Of a stretch of DNA of 64,000 nt, positions 38,868 through 52,700 are shown piece by piece. Source of the stretch: Candidatus Daviesbacteria bacterium (GTDB taxonomy: Bacteria; Patescibacteriota; Microgenomatia; Daviesbacterales; UBA10151); NCBI GenBank assembly GCA_030699125.1, contig JAUYKM010000007.1, positions 5,082 through 69,081 of the forward strand. Direction: 5' to 3'. Positions within the stretch are counted from its first letter, which is position 1. Each line of letters starts with the position of its first letter. The translations under genes were made by a program, and so were the position numbers. Below the pieces are notes generated by a model. The model was not told where the DNA came from and made no database searches. It saw nothing but the letters and a program-made list of their open reading frames with translations.

Positions 38868-39986
38868 ATGAATTCTATCAAGGACGATTTGAGGACACTT
38901 TGCCAGGCCTTGATTTGGTATACCCAGAAAAAGACTAAATATTTGGCTGCCAGGTTTGAGGAATTAAAAAATTTCCTGGTGGAACTTTTGATGCAAAAAA
39001 GGGGAGCCCGTCAGAAACAGGTCTGGCACGGCTCTATCATTGGCCTAGCTTCAGTGGGGATCATCACCTCCGGTATCATTGGCGGTCAGAGTCTAATTTC
39101 CTCCACCTATCCGGGAATTGGCGGACCTGATCCCCGTTTTACAGATGCATTTGAACCTTTTCCTAATGGTCCGCTAGTTGAGGGGTTTCAGGATATTCAT
39201 ACCGAGATCTCCCAAAAACCCCGCTCGGAAACTTTAGAATATGAAGTAGAATCAGGTGATACCTTGTCCTCAATTGCCAAAAAATTTGGCATATCAACAG
39301 ATACCATCAGATGGGAAAATAACTTAAAAAGCGACCAGATCAAGCCGGGAGATACGGTAAATATTTTGCCGCTATCAGGCGTGTCTCATAAAGTAGTCAG
39401 CGGGGATACCTTAGAATCAGTGGCCAAAAAATATTCTGCTAATGCTCAGGCCATAGTTGATTTCCCTTTTAATGATGTGCCGGATGACTTTAGTCTTCGG
39501 GTGGGTCAAATCTTAATCATCCCGGATGGAGTACCGCCTGAGGTTAAAGTTAGACCGTCATCCAGGCCCCAGCCTCAGTATCTTGCTCAAGGTCCATCCT
39601 CGCCCACCTTTGACGCACCTTTTGGTGCATCATTTATCTGGCCGGTAGGGGGACAATTAAGCCAATATTTTGCCTGGTATCATCCGGGGATTGATATTGC
39701 CAACAGGTCCGCTCCGGGAATTGCCGCCTCAGACGGAGGGGTGGTGGTGGTGGCCGGCTGGCCGGATGGATATGGATATGGAAATCGAGTGGTAATTGAT
39801 CATGGTAATGGCTACCGCAGTCTATATGCGCATCTTTCTAATATTTACGTATCAGTAGGCGAGAGGGCATCCAGGGGGCAGCTGATCGGCCAAATGGGAT
39901 CAACCGGTCGGTCAACCGGGACACATCTGCATTTTGAAATCCACTTTAAAGGAGTGGCAGTGAATCCGCTGGCCATACTGAAATAA
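38868..39986 (+). CDS. LysM (x2) + M23 family metallopeptidase
   Basis: YEVESGDTLSSIAKKFGISTDTIRWEN and HKVVSGDTLESVAKKY (LysM); HPGIDIA...GNRVVIDHGNGYRSLYAHLS...GSTGRSTGTHLHFEI (M23 HxxxD/HxH). Confidence 0.85.
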   Translation: MNSIKDDLRTLCQALIWYTQKKTKYLAARFEELKNFLVELLMQKRGARQKQVWHGSIIGLASVGIITSGIIGGQSLISSTYPGIGGPDPRFTDAFEPFPNGPLVEGFQDIHTEISQKPRSETLEYEVESGDTLSSIAKKFGISTDTIRWENNLKSDQIKPGDTVNILPLSGVSHKVVSGDTLESVAKKYSANAQAIVDFPFNDVPDDFSLRVGQILIIPDGVPPEVKVRPSSRPQPQYLAQGPSSPTFDAPFGASFIWPVGGQLSQYFAWYHPGIDIANRSAPGIAASDGGVVVVAGWPDGYGYGNRVVIDHGNGYRSLYAHLSNIYVSVGERASRGQLIGQMGSTGRSTGTHLHFEIHFKGVAVNPLAILK

Positions 39987-40945
39987 TGTCTTCTCCAAAC
40001 CGCCTGACTAAACTGGCTTTGTGGGTGCTATTTATAATGGGGGCTATCCTAATTTCTGCCAAAATTTATACCGGCCCGCTTCGCCCGCCTCTGGCGTGGC
40101 TTCCTAATTTTAACTTTAGTTCCACCTATATTTATTCATATGAGAATGAACAATTAGCAGGAATTGTCAAGAAGAATCTATCAGGGATGGAAGGGCAATT
40201 TGGGGTTTATATTGAGGATTTAAACTCCGATGATAAATATGAATTTAATGGCCAGCATAGTTTTCCCACAGCCTCCCTTTATAAACTTTTTCTGTTGGCC
40301 GCGGTTTTAAAAGAAGTGGAGAATGGTCAATTAAGCTTAGATGATCGGCTATCTTGGAGCAAATCCGCATTGATTGAAGCTTATGGAGAGCTGGACTTTG
40401 GTTATGAAGAAGCTGCAGAGATTATCAGCTACAGCGTGGATGAGGCTTTGATGCGAGTAGGCCGCATTTCCGATAATTTTGCCTCAATTATGCTGGCTGA
40501 AAAAATAGGATGGGAAAAATTGCAGGAATTAGCAAATAAACTAGGTGTTAGCAGCACGGTCTTGACTGGTGATTCTTTTTCCACCACTGCCAAAGATATT
40601 GGGTTTTATTTTAAGCTGCTTTATCAAAAAAGAGTGGTCTCAGAAGTTGTTTCCAGTCAGATTATAGAATATTTATCCTTAAACCAGATCAACAACAGAT
40701 TGCCCGCTAAACTGCCGCCAGAGACCCAAAATCAGCCCGACAGCTGGCAGCTGGTCCATAAGACCGGAGAACTAGCGGGAATCCGTCATGACGGAGGGTT
40801 TATGATCTTGTCCCAAAAAGCTTACGTAATCGTGATCCTCAGCAAGGATTTAAAATATGAAGATGAGGCAATAGAAGCCATGGCCAATTTATCAAAAGAG
40901 GTATTCGAATATTTTAAAGAAAAAAGTGGACCCACCGGGAATTGA
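39986..40945 (+). CDS. class A beta-lactamase-like serine hydrolase
   Basis: SxxK (ASLYK), SDN (ISDNFAS), KTG (HKTGE) motifs in canonical order; the 3' end overlaps tRNA-Ala(CGC) by 19 nt. Confidence 0.75.
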   Translation: MSSPNRLTKLALWVLFIMGAILISAKIYTGPLRPPLAWLPNFNFSSTYIYSYENEQLAGIVKKNLSGMEGQFGVYIEDLNSDDKYEFNGQHSFPTASLYKLFLLAAVLKEVENGQLSLDDRLSWSKSALIEAYGELDFGYEEAAEIISYSVDEALMRVGRISDNFASIMLAEKIGWEKLQELANKLGVSSTVLTGDSFSTTAKDIGFYFKLLYQKRVVSEVVSSQIIEYLSLNQINNRLPAKLPPETQNQPDSWQLVHKTGELAGIRHDGGFMILSQKAYVIVILSKDLKYEDEAIEAMANLSKEVFEYFKEKSGPTGN

Positions 40946-40997
40946 ACCCGGATCTGAGCAATGCGAATGCTCTATTCTGCCGTTGAACCATAGGCCC
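40927..40997 (-). tRNA. tRNA-Ala (anticodon CGC), G3:U70
   Basis: Reverse complement GGGCCTATGGTTCAACGGCAGAATAGAGCATTCGCATTGCTCAGATCCGGGTTCAATTCCCGGTGGGTCCA; anticodon loop TTCGCAT. Confidence 0.8.
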
Positions 40998-41014
40998 TGG
41001 GCGAAGTCGAAGGG

Positions 41015-41086
41015 TGGACCCGAGGGGAATTGAACCCCTTATCTTCTCCATGCCATGGAGACGTCGTACCGGTAGACCACGGGCCC
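41015..41086 (-). tRNA. tRNA-Ala (anticodon GGC), G3:U70
   Basis: Reverse complement GGGCCCGTGGTCTACCGGTACGACGTCTCCATGGCATGGAGAAGATAAGGGGTTCAATTCCCCTCGGGTCCA; anticodon loop ATGGCAT; weak D-stem. Confidence 0.7.
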
Positions 41087-41115
41087 TTGATGCTAAATTA
41101 TACAATAATTATATA

Positions 41116-41140
41116 GATCCCGTATCAAGTACGGGATGAC
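41116..41140. repeat. family D hairpin GATCCCGTA-tcaag-TACGGGATGAC just downstream of the O-antigen-ligase-like gene
   Basis: Stem ATCCCGTA/TACGGGAT. Confidence 0.65.
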
Positions 41141-41149
41141 AAAGGAAGA

Positions 41150-43488
41150 TTATGGCTGTGGTGTAGGTTCCGGAGTAGCATTAGGTCTTTTTACAGCCGA
41201 GGGGGTGGCTATTTCTTGCGGCTGACCAACTTCCACATTAACATCAGCTTCCAAAGCTCCCTGGGTTTCAGCGGCCGGCGGCTGCTGGGGAGAAGGAGGT
41301 GATATTCTGTTTTTCAAATCATTTAAGTAATCCGTGCCCACTCTGTAATCATCAGAATCAGCTTCCAGCAGTGAGAGCATTCTTTCAGCTGCAGCTTGGG
41401 CATTGACCAAGTCTCCCTTGTCCCTCATGGCCACTGATAGATTATAATAGGCATTGGCAAAATCAGGCTTCAAATTTATGGCATCGGTAAAGAATCTGAT
41501 AGCCAGATCGTAATTTTGCACCGCATAATAAGTTCCGCCTACGCCTAATCTTAAGAGCGGATTGAGAGGATCCTGAAAAATAGCCCGGCCGTATGAGTCC
41601 AGGGAGAAAAGCAGAGCATTTTCCGCCACTCCGGCAATCTGCCTATATAGAGTGGCTAAAACTTCCCAGTTGGCAACTGATCTGGGACTTAAGGTGACAG
41701 CAGTTCTGCCTTCATTAATGGCTTGCTGCAGCAAAACCTGGATATTTTGTCTGTCTTCATCAGTTAATGTTCCCTGAGGGTTTTCAGGGGTAGGGGCTTT
41801 GGCAGTAGCAATAGCATTAGCCAGGGCAAAATTGGTCTGGGCAATATTGATGCGGTATAGATCATTGTAGGGATTGCGATTTTCCGCTTCGACAAAGGCG
41901 TTATAAGCTGCCAGGCCATCATTTCTGCCAATGGCCAAAATAGCCTGGCGGTGATAATAATCAGCTACTGCAAACTTTCCGCCGTAAAAAAAGGCAAATA
42001 AAGTCAGGGCCAGACCTATCACCAAGAGCACCCCGGGCAGGGCATTGATTCTGACTACTTCTTCTGATGAACGGGTGGAGGAGATATTGGCAGCTACCCT
42101 TAATATATTTTGGCCAATATTTTCCCCAAATCCGCCAAATAAGGATCTGGCCGGACCTTCTCTTAAAAAGTTAACCACCATAAAGGATCCCAAAATAGTC
42201 AGTCCCACTACCCACACAGGCAGAGTGGCAGTGTGGAAAATTAGTATAATAATAAAGGTAAGGCCGGAGATGGCAAGCCCTATGCTCAAGCGGTTAACCG
42301 GGTTTTGCGGTTGTTCTAAAGTTTTATCCAGCCTGATAGTTTTCCAGGCAGCGCCAATAAACAGCAAAGTGACTGAGATTAAAGCCAGCAGTCCAATACC
42401 TCCCAGAGTCCCCAGGACTTGCAGGTACTCATTAAACGATTGTTCAAAGCGGATATTCCAGAAAGTGGAATTGTTAAACTCTATGGGCTTATATAAGGTG
42501 AAGTTGAAAAGATGAGTTGAGGGACCGGTTCCCCAAAAAGGATGGTCCCGGAAAGCTGAAACTGATACTTTCCAGGATGTCAAAAAGTCCAGTTGCACTT
42601 CTCTGGGAAAGTTTTTAGCCCTTTCATATAAAGGATTTTGCGCTCCTCCTACCGGAGGAATAAATGATAAAACTGCCAAAAGAATTGCCAGAGCAGTTGG
42701 TACAGCCACAAAAATCCAATTAATTTGTTTAAGATTGGGTTTAGATGCTAGGATAGCAAGTCCCAAGGCAGATAGACCTGCTACGAAACTGGCTACCCCT
42801 CCTGTTAACACTATGGTAATGCCAAAAAGGGCTAAAAGCAGGCCGTAAATAAAATAAATTCCCAGGCGGGGAATTTCAGATAAGGTGGCCACAGTTTTGC
42901 CGGTTAATATCTCTACCGCCAGAAGAGGCAAAAGCATGGCTAATATAGCAGTGGTGGAAAAAGAAGAGCCGGTTGGAGTAAAGTTGACTGTTTGATTCCA
43001 ATCAGCAGGGAGAAAATTGATGCCAAAATAGGAGAGGATAGTTACTAAAGAAAGTATTGCTCCTGCCCCAAAGAGCAAATTGATCACAAGTCTTACTTCT
43101 TTAAAGGATTTCAAATTATTAACATATAGGAAGTAAAACAATATATATGATACCAGCGCCACCAAACTGCCGTTGATTTTACCTTGATGTCCCAGTAAAG
43201 AAATAAAGGGGGAAGAGGAGAAGATGGTGGAGATGACAACTACTGCTAAAAGTAATAATAGGGGTAGATCCAGAGGAGTACGCAGTAAAACAACTTTATC
43301 TTCAACTGTAAACTTCAGAGTTAAAACAACCAGGGTAATACCCACAAATCCTAAAAGGGCCAAATATTTGGGAGTGTCAAAAGCCTCGGTGGTGAGGTTG
43401 GTAAACAAAAAGAAAACGCCAGCAAGCATCACCGCTAAGACTACTTTAAAGATTAATTCCAGATAAACACTCAAGACATTTTTAGTCA
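41150..43488 (-). CDS. O-antigen ligase (Wzy_C)-like polytopic membrane protein with C-terminal TPR repeats; start taken at MTKNVL (ATG 43488)
   Basis: About 12 TM helices plus a large periplasmic loop, then TPR (YYHRQAILAIGRNDGLAAYNAFVEAENRNPYNDLYRINIAQ...). The listed start at 43528 would translate a hairpin repeat (MDPAIRRDDN). Confidence 0.6.
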
Positions 43489-43500
43489 TAATTTTCCTAT

Positions 43501-43526
43501 TGTCATCCCGCCGAATGGCGGGATCC
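43501..43526. repeat. family D hairpin TGTCATCCCGCC-gaat-GGCGGGATCC in the 5' leader of the O-antigen-ligase-like gene
   Basis: Stem ATCCCGCC/GGCGGGAT. Confidence 0.7.
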
Positions 43527-43556
43527 AATTAACCATGTAAGCTAGGTTTTTAATTA

Positions 43557-43580
43557 GATTCCTGCATTCGCAGGAATGAC
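43557..43580. repeat. family D hairpin GATTCCTGC-attc-GCAGGAATGAC
   Basis: Same stem as 22911. Confidence 0.7.
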
Positions 43581-43715
43581 AGTGACGATAATTTTTTAGA
43601 TTACTACTCTAACATTACTAGGTTATAAATAGTTCTGACAAGTGGGTATAAATATATCAAAATGGTAATTTTTGGATCAGTTTTAGGAAAAAATCTTCCG
43701 TGAAAAAAATAATTT

Positions 43716-46700
43716 TCATGGAGAGGGTGGGCCGATGCCGACAGTAGGATTACCGGATACTATTAAGTAATCAAATTCCACATCTTTGGTTTCTGACTTG
43801 GATAGTTTGACGGTAAAGGATCCGTCTGATTTATTAGTAACAGTGATCAGCTGGCCTAAGGGCACTTTAGGGGTGAGCAGGATAACTGAGGTTTCATCAA
43901 TGTGAGGATTTTTAATGGAGGCTTGGATTTGGCCGGCCGGGATAATACCAACTCCTGCTGTTTGATCCTGTTTAACTTTAATTTGATCTACTATGATGGT
44001 TTTAGCCTTAATGGTACCGTCTTTCTCCAGGGTAATTTTTCCATTAAAGATATCTATGGAAGAAGCCAGTTGAGATTTCTGAAGATAGAGGGTGGATAGA
44101 GCATCAATGGTATTCTCACTGAATGATAATGTTCCATCTATAGTTAGGTTTCCGGCAATTAAAGTATTACCTAAGGTGGTAGTACCAAAGGATTTAAGGG
44201 AGTTTTGGATAATGGCATCATAAGCGGTTAAGGATCCCAGGATCTGGGCAGAGGAAGTTACCTTAAGGTCTGCAGTTAAGGTAGCTGAGTCAGAAGCCAG
44301 TAAGATGTCCGGAGGAGTTAAGTCCAGTGCATCAGTGGATCGGTGTATCAGTGTATCATATAAGGCAAGTTCAGCAGAGTCAGAAGCCTCAGAACTGATT
44401 CCAGCAATCTCTGCAGAAGGAGTAGCTTCAGTATTTTCTTCCTTAATTCTTAATTCTAGATTCTTAATTCTAGATTCTAATGTAGCTATCTTGCCGGAAA
44501 GGTCATAAAACTGGACGGTAGAGGATGGAGAATAGATGGTAGTATTTTGAGGATCGAGGGTAGAAGATGGAGAAGAAGAATCTGTAATCAATCTACTATC
44601 TTCTATCTTCAAATTACTATCTTCTATCCCTCTACTATCTATCGTCAATGATGCTACCTTAAGCTTGGGTATAATTAAATTTCCTTCATTATCCATAGTT
44701 AAGGATGAGAAGAAATTCCCCGGATCTGCAAAGCCACTCTTAACATGGACTAGGATCTGGCCACATTCCACACCCGGTGTGTAAGCGCAATTTTCCACAC
44801 CGGGTGTGGAGCCGGTGTTAGCTGAGAAATCCTCTAATGCTTGGCCTATGACTTGTCCTGGTCTGGTGGCTTTGGCTGCTACTCCCGGAATTTCTGATGA
44901 GGTTAGGTAATCTCCTCTTTTAATATCCCCATTGATAGTAGATACTTTGGTCTTAATCTGACCAAGAAGGCCCACAATGGCTTTATTCACACCGGGGGAG
45001 TCAAGGCCCACCCCCGGTGTGTAGTCTGCGTTTCCTACAAAAGCAGCATCTTTGGAGACTACACCAATCAGGTTTTGGTCATAAGGGATGGATGATTTAG
45101 CCACTCCAGAATGACTCACCCCGGGGGAATCAAGGCCCGCCCCCGGGGTGGCTAGGCTTACTAAATCCCCATCCTCAGTTTCCTCTAAAGCATCAAAATA
45201 TTCTGCAAAATCAGCACCGGTAGATTCATAAGCTACTTTATTATCATTAAGCCTGATTCTGCCTACTCTGACTCCGGCGCTGTCACTGGCCACCCCAGCA
45301 TAAAAATCAATAAAATTAGATGAGACTCCGGAAACAGCAGTACCCAAACCTATCCTTAATCCGGATGTATCCGGAGTATCTACTCCTGACAGGTTAACTA
45401 TGGAGGCAGCAGCAGAGGAGGAAGCTTCCTTCTCTATGGTTAATCCATACAAAGGATTGGTAGTACCAACTCCTACATTACCCAAACTTAATATATTAGA
45501 TGTGGATAATACTGAGCCTCCTACAGACAGACTCACACCGGGGGAGTCAAAGCTCGCACCGTACGGTGTGGCTCCTATTGCCAGGTTACCATCCAGATAT
45601 AGTAAACCTGAATCTAATCTCTCAATGAATTGTTCAGCTTCCCACCAGGTCACATTAACCTGCATTAAAATCTGGCCAGGCGGGGCACCAGTACTACTCA
45701 CACCGGGGGAGTCAGAGCCCACCCCCGGTGTGGCTAAGTAGTCCTCCATAGCTCTGCCAATAATCCTTCCTGTTTTAGTTGCTTTCATGGCTTCACCAGT
45801 AGTAGATGAGGAAGTGAGAGGATCACCTGTATAGATTGGTCCGTTCTCCAGATTAACCTTAACCCATACTTGTCCGAGCATTCCTACATTGGCATAGGTA
45901 GGATCAGAATCCCTGTTATCATCAGGATTATTATATGAAGTACCTCTGGTAGTTATGACTCCAATAATATTCTCATCATAGGATGAATTTGACCTTCGCA
46001 CCACCCCGGGGGAGTCAAAGCCCACCCCCGGTGTGCCCGGAGTTAATATCATGACATCCCCGGGTTCAGATGCATCCTCCTGTTTAATATATTCTGAATA
46101 ATCAGCAGTAGTAGCATCTGAATTGAATCTAAAGGTAGTACCGTTGGACTGGACCCAGATACGGCCTTCAGAAGCAATATTACAGGCATCTACACAGCCT
46201 ATGGCAAGCTCACCGTCAACATCTAACCCGTTCGGGGTGGTATTTACATTATCCCCGATTTCCAGAACCAGATTAGTGCTGTCATATTCAAAAGTGGAAT
46301 AACCGGTAATTGAGGATGTCCCATCCCAGACAGCTATCTGAGGAGCAGTTCCTGTACCGGTAAGCCCGGCGCCTGCATCTGCCTCACAAACTACTCTGCC
46401 TGCAGAATCTGTAGTTAGCTTCCCTCCACCTGATAATCCTGAACAATTATAACTTTGCAGCCGCAGGGCAGACCCTACTGTAAGTGAAACACCTATTCCG
46501 GCATTACCGGCCACATCCACTCCGTAATTGGCAGAAGTTCTGCCTATTCCTACATTGCCAAAGACAGATAACCCCAATCCTGGAATAGATGAGAAGGTAT
46601 TCCCTGTCCAGCCAATCCCTACATTACCTCCCACAAATAATGTAGATCCTGGAGTAGATGTACCTATACCTAGGTTTATTCCAACATTACCCCCGTTGAA

Positions 46701-49700
46701 GATTGCAGCTGGAGCTGTATATCCTGCACCAACACCAATCATATTAACTACTAACCCTGGAGTACCTGAACTTACCCCAATCCCCACCATCCCTTGTGAA
46801 TATAATCCTCCTGGACCTATTCCCAACCCTCCACCTACTGTGAGCTGATTACTAATAATAGCTGATTCCCTGACTTGTAAAGCCCCGGCCTCCAATGATC
46901 CAATCTGTGCAGATGTAACATCTATTCCTCCTATATCATAAATCTGAAACTCACAACCTACATTAGTCTGAGCATCACAGGTGTTCGCATTGCTGACTTT
47001 TGTTGCATAGAGGTATCTTCCTGACACAAAAATTGTCTTATCAACATTACCTGCAGGAGCATTCCCTCCATTATCAGCCCCTCCTACAAATATAGGATTG
47101 GATGGATTAGACACATCATATACTTGTATCTCACAACCAATACTTGCAGAGAAACTACATAACCCAGGATTAGCAGCATTACTTAGATACAGATATTTTC
47201 CTGAAACAAAAACAGATCGAATAGCATTAACTACAGAAGCAGTGCTTACTTGTGTTGGAGAATAGGGATTAGATATTCTATAAACATAATATGTTCCACC
47301 ACTATCCCCTAAATAAGCATAACTTCCTGATACAAAAACTGATTCTATGCGATTAGTTCCCCCAGGAGCAACGCTACTTACTCGTATTGGTTTTATAGGA
47401 TTAGAAACATCATAAATATCTAAATAACTAGAGGCTGACCCCCCTCCCACATAAACATATCTTCCAGAAACAAATATAGAAATTGGGAAAGCACTAAGAG
47501 AAATCTGACTTACTAGTAAAGGTGAGGTCGGATCGGAAACGTCAGCAATTTCTAAAATATTAGAGCTATTAGCAATATAAGCATATCTACCTGAAACAAA
47601 TAAAGCAGCAGTACCTCCCGGAAAAGTTAGATTTAATCCTCCCGTGTATAAAGGTTTACTAGGGTTAGATATATCCCAAATTTGAAACTCACAACCATCT
47701 CTGGTAGTAGAAGAACAAGCACCATTGTTTACCCCCCTACCAAGATATAAATAATTTCCTGAAACATAAATAGAAGCAGCGCTACCAGTAAAGCCAGGGG
47801 TACCTGAAATCCCCGCTATAGCAACAGGAGAATTTGGATTAGATATATCATATATTAGAAGGAGACAATTAGTAAGAGTGCTGAGTGTACATGCATTACC
47901 AGTGCTATTATTTTTTCCTACATAAGCATACTTGCCTGAGATAAAGATAGCAGTTCCGTTATTAGTTGATGTAAAACTTGCCCCACCAATATACATAGGA
48001 TTTTGGGGGGTCTGTAACAAACTACCTCCTAATATATCAAGAGCACTTCTGGGGGCAGTAGTTCCAACACCTACATTACCTTGGGAGGTAACTGTAAATG
48101 GTAGTGGATTAGTTAAATTAGTTCCCACATAAGTAGGATTAATTTGGAAAAGCTGGGATGGTGAAGTCCAACCTATACCTATATTACCATTTAGGAATAC
48201 TGCTCCCGGGATATCATTTGAACCAAAGCCTGCTCCCCATAAGTGGAATGGTGCTATGGGACTGCTGGTCCCCAAACCTACATTCCCTTCCACAATCAAC
48301 CCATTGGCAGGAGCATTATAATAGGCAAAGGAGGAACCTATGCCCATAGATCCAAAGACCCCTAATCTGTTGGCTGAGGCAGAGGAACCTATTCCCAGTC
48401 TCATATTGGCATTATCCCAGAAGAATGGATCAGCTCCCTGAACCTGAGTCCCACCGCCATTAAAGAAGGTAACCTGGCCTGCTTCCGGGGTACCAAATGC
48501 CTCAATTCCTGAACCTCCGGCATCAGCATCACAAACTACCCTGCCTGAAGAATCTGTGGTTAACATACCATCACCGCAATTATAGATTTGCAATTGCAAA
48601 GCTGATCCTACTGTTAATGATTGTCCTATACCTACATTACCTACTACATGCAGTCCATATGTTGGGGTGGTGGTGCCAATGCCTACATTGCCAAAGACAG
48701 ATAATCCCAAGGAAGGCATGGCAGCAAAGGTATATCCGGTCCAGCCTATCCCCACATTTCCTCCCACAAAAAGGGTAGATCCCGGAGTAGAAGCCCCAAT
48801 TCCAAGATTTATCCCTACATTCCCTCCATTAAATATAGCAGCCGGAGCTGTATATCCGGTCCCCACTCCTAACATATTTACTACTAATCCTGGAGTCCCG
48901 GATGAAACCCCAATCCCCACCATTCCCTGGCTTAATAATCCTCCTGGTCCTATATTAATACCACTGTTAACTGTTAACTGATTACTGATAACTGCACTTT
49001 CTCTGACCTGTAACCCACCTGCCTCTAAACTACCTATTAATGCACTAGTTACATCTATACCCCCAATGTCATAAATCTGAAACTCACAATCTGTTTTTTT
49101 TGATGAACAGTTAGGACTACTAGAAGCTACACCATCTCCTACATATGCATACCTGCCTGAGACAAAAACTGTATTAGCAGCACTACTGCCAGCATCTGTA
49201 ACATTAGCCCCACCTACATATAATGGATTGTAAGGGTTTGAAACATCATAAACTTGTAATTCACAACCAGTAGAAGTAAAGAAGTTACAAGTTCCAGTAT
49301 TAACAGTTTTTCCTAAATACAAATATCTTCCTGAAACAAAGACAGAGTTAATACCATCTCCAGCAGAAGCTGTAGCTACTTGAGATGGAGAATAAGGATT
49401 GGATGTATCAAATATTCTCAATGTTCCACCACTATCTCCTATATATGCATATCTGCCTGAAACATAAACAGAGTTAGCAGTACCGCTAGTAGAAGTACTA
49501 CTTATCTGTATTGGATTGGTAGGATTAGTTACATCAAATATCTTTAAAGTAGTACCATCTCCTGCATAAGTGTATCTTCCTAAGGTAAATACAGAAGCTA
49601 TAGCATTCCCAGTATTTATTCCTCCTGTATATACAGGAGAAGTGGGGTTAGATACATCATAAATCTGTAATTCACAACCAGTATTTGTAGTAGAGGAACA

Positions 49701-52700
49701 GGTACCACCATTGGCAGCCTTGCCTAAATAGGCATACCTGCCTGATACAAAGACACTCTGGCCAGCATCCCCTCCATCATCTGCCCCACCTATATATAAT
49801 GGATTATTAGGATTGGATACATCATAAACTTGTAATTCACAACCAGTATTGGTGGTGGAGGAACAAGTACCAGCATTACCAGTTTTTCCTAAATATGCAA
49901 ATTTACCAGAAACATAGATACTCTCGACTAGATTAGCTATTTCAAAGCCATTTATAAAAGTTGGATTATTTGGATTAGAGACATCAAAAATCATAAACTC
50001 ACACCCTGTGTTGCTCCCTGCTGTACAACTACCAGTTTCAAATTCTGTTCCAACATAAGCATATTTACCTGAAACAAATATACTTGTTACTACTTGAGAA
50101 TCAGTTGCTTGTAGGTCTGATCCTCCTATAAAGGTAGGATTTTGGGGGGTTTGGAGGAGGGAACCACCTAAAATGTCCAGGGCACTTCTAGGAGCAGTTG
50201 TACCTACACCTACATTTCCCTGTGATGTAACTGTAAAAGGTAGGGGATTAGTTAATTGGGTTCCTACATATGTTGGATTAATCTGGAAGAGTTGGGAAGG
50301 TGAAGTCCAGCCTATACCCACATTGCCATTAAGAAATACTGCTCCCGGAGTTTCATTAGAAGCAAATCCTGCTCCCCAAAGATGGAAAGGAGCAATAGGA
50401 CTGCTGGTCCCCAAGCCTACATTACCCTCTATAACTAGAGAGTTGGAAGCTGGAGTCTGGAAACTGGAAAAAGAGGTACCAATACCCATAGATCCAAAGA
50501 CCCCTAATCTGTTAGCTGAGGCAGAAGAACCTACCCCTAACCTCATTAATTCATTATTCCAGAAGAGAGTATTAGCTCCGGTGACAGATGATCCCCCGTC
50601 AAAGAAGGTAACCTGGCCGGAGGCTGCGGAACCGGAAAGTGTATCTGCGCCGGAATCATCCTGACAAACTACTCTGCCGGAGGAGTCTGTAGTTAACTTA
50701 CCTCCACCACCTAAGCCATTACAAGCATAACCGGAAAGCTGCAAAGCAGACCCTACTGTGAGTGATTGTCCTATTCCTACGTTTCCTACTACCTGCAGTC
50801 CATATGTTGGGGTGGTGGTGCCAATGCCTACATTGCCAAATACAGATAACCCTAATCCTGGCATACTAGCAAAGGTAAATCCGGTCCAGCCAATCCCTAC
50901 ATTACCTCCAACAAATAATGTGGAACCTGGAGTAGAGGATCCTATCCCCAGATTAATCCCTACATTACCTCCATTAAATATAGCTGAGGGAGCAGTATAC
51001 CCTGTACCTACCCCTAACATATTAACCACTAACCCTGGAGTACCTGAACTTACCCCTATCCCTACCATTCCTTGTGATAATAATCCTCCTGGACCTAATC
51101 CTATTCCACCACCTACATAAAGCTGGTTATTTATGAATGCATTTTCCCTAACCTGTAACCCTCCAGCCTCAAGTGATCCAATCTGAGCAGATGTTACATC
51201 TATCCCAGAAATATCAAATACATTTATTCCACAGAAATTAGTATCCGAAGTACAAGTCTTAACGTTATTAAACTGCAGGGTATATAAATACCTACCAGAT
51301 ACAACTATTGCTGTACTACCACCCAAATTAGCAACTCCAGTATCTTTACCTCCTAAGAAAATAGGATTAGCAGGATTTGAGATATCCCAAAGTTGTATTG
51401 TACAACCAGAATTAGTTATGGAATTACACGTAGGATTAGGTAAACCAAGCTTATTTCCTCCCACAAATAAGTAGTTACCAGATACTGCAAAAGAGAATGC
51501 AAAAGCGCTACTAGTTCCAAAAGCATTAGTACTCATAAGAGTGGGACTGGCTGGATTTGAGATATCAAATATTTTGAATTGGCCAGTATTACCAGCATTA
51601 GTATAAGCATATCTACCGGAAACATAAATATCACCACTCTGAGATATTGCACTCATACTAGCTCCTCCTAAATATAAAGGACTGGCTGGATTTGAGATAT
51701 CATAAATCATGAATTCACAGCTAGTATTATCGGTAGAATTACAAGTACCAGCACCATTAGCCTTTCCTACATAAGCATATTTGCCGGAAACGAATAAACC
51801 AACAGCATTAACATTTAGGCTTACTGTTGATACACGAGTAGGATTAATTGGATTGGAGATATCATAAATTTGAAAAGCATGTGCAGTAACAGTAGTTATA
51901 TAAAGATATCTGCCAGATATTTGAAGACCTCTAATACTGCCAGATACAGATACCTGTCCAACAAGAGCAGGGGCTGTTGGATTAGATATATCATAAACTC
52001 GTAAATTAAGTCCTGTTCCAACATAAGCATAATTCCCCACAACATATACTCCACCAACAAGGCTAGAGCCAATGGTTGCACTGCCTATCTGAGTTGGCGT
52101 AGAAGGATTACTAATATCTAAAATTATCAAACCAGTACTATTTAGAATATACAAATATCTACCTGAGACAAAAACTTCATTTTGACCGCTATTATTATTT
52201 TGTCCAGCGGTAATATTATTAGAAGTACCATTAGTTCCCCCAACCCAGGTAAGATTTTGGGGGGTTTGGAGTAAACTACCACCTAAGATATCCAGAGCAG
52301 ACCTAGGAGCAGTAGTTCCTACTCCTACATTACCTTGGGAAGTAACTGTAAAAGGTAGCGGATTAGTTAACTGAGTCCCTACATAAGTTGGGTTTATCTG
52401 GAATAATTGGGATGGAGAAGTCCAGCCAATTCCTATATTACCATTTAAGAATATTCCTGAGACAGTGCCATTACCCCATACATGTAAGGGAGCAATGGGG
52501 GAAGAAGTACCCAGACCTACATTTCCTTCCACAATTAATCCATTAGCAGGAGCATTATAATAGGCAAAAGATGAACCAATCCCTAATGATCCAAAGACCC
52601 CAAGGGTGTTGGCTGAGGCAGAGGAACCTATACCTAATCTCATTAATTCATTATTCCAATAAAATGGAGTTGCACCCTGAACCTGAGTCCCGCCTCCGTC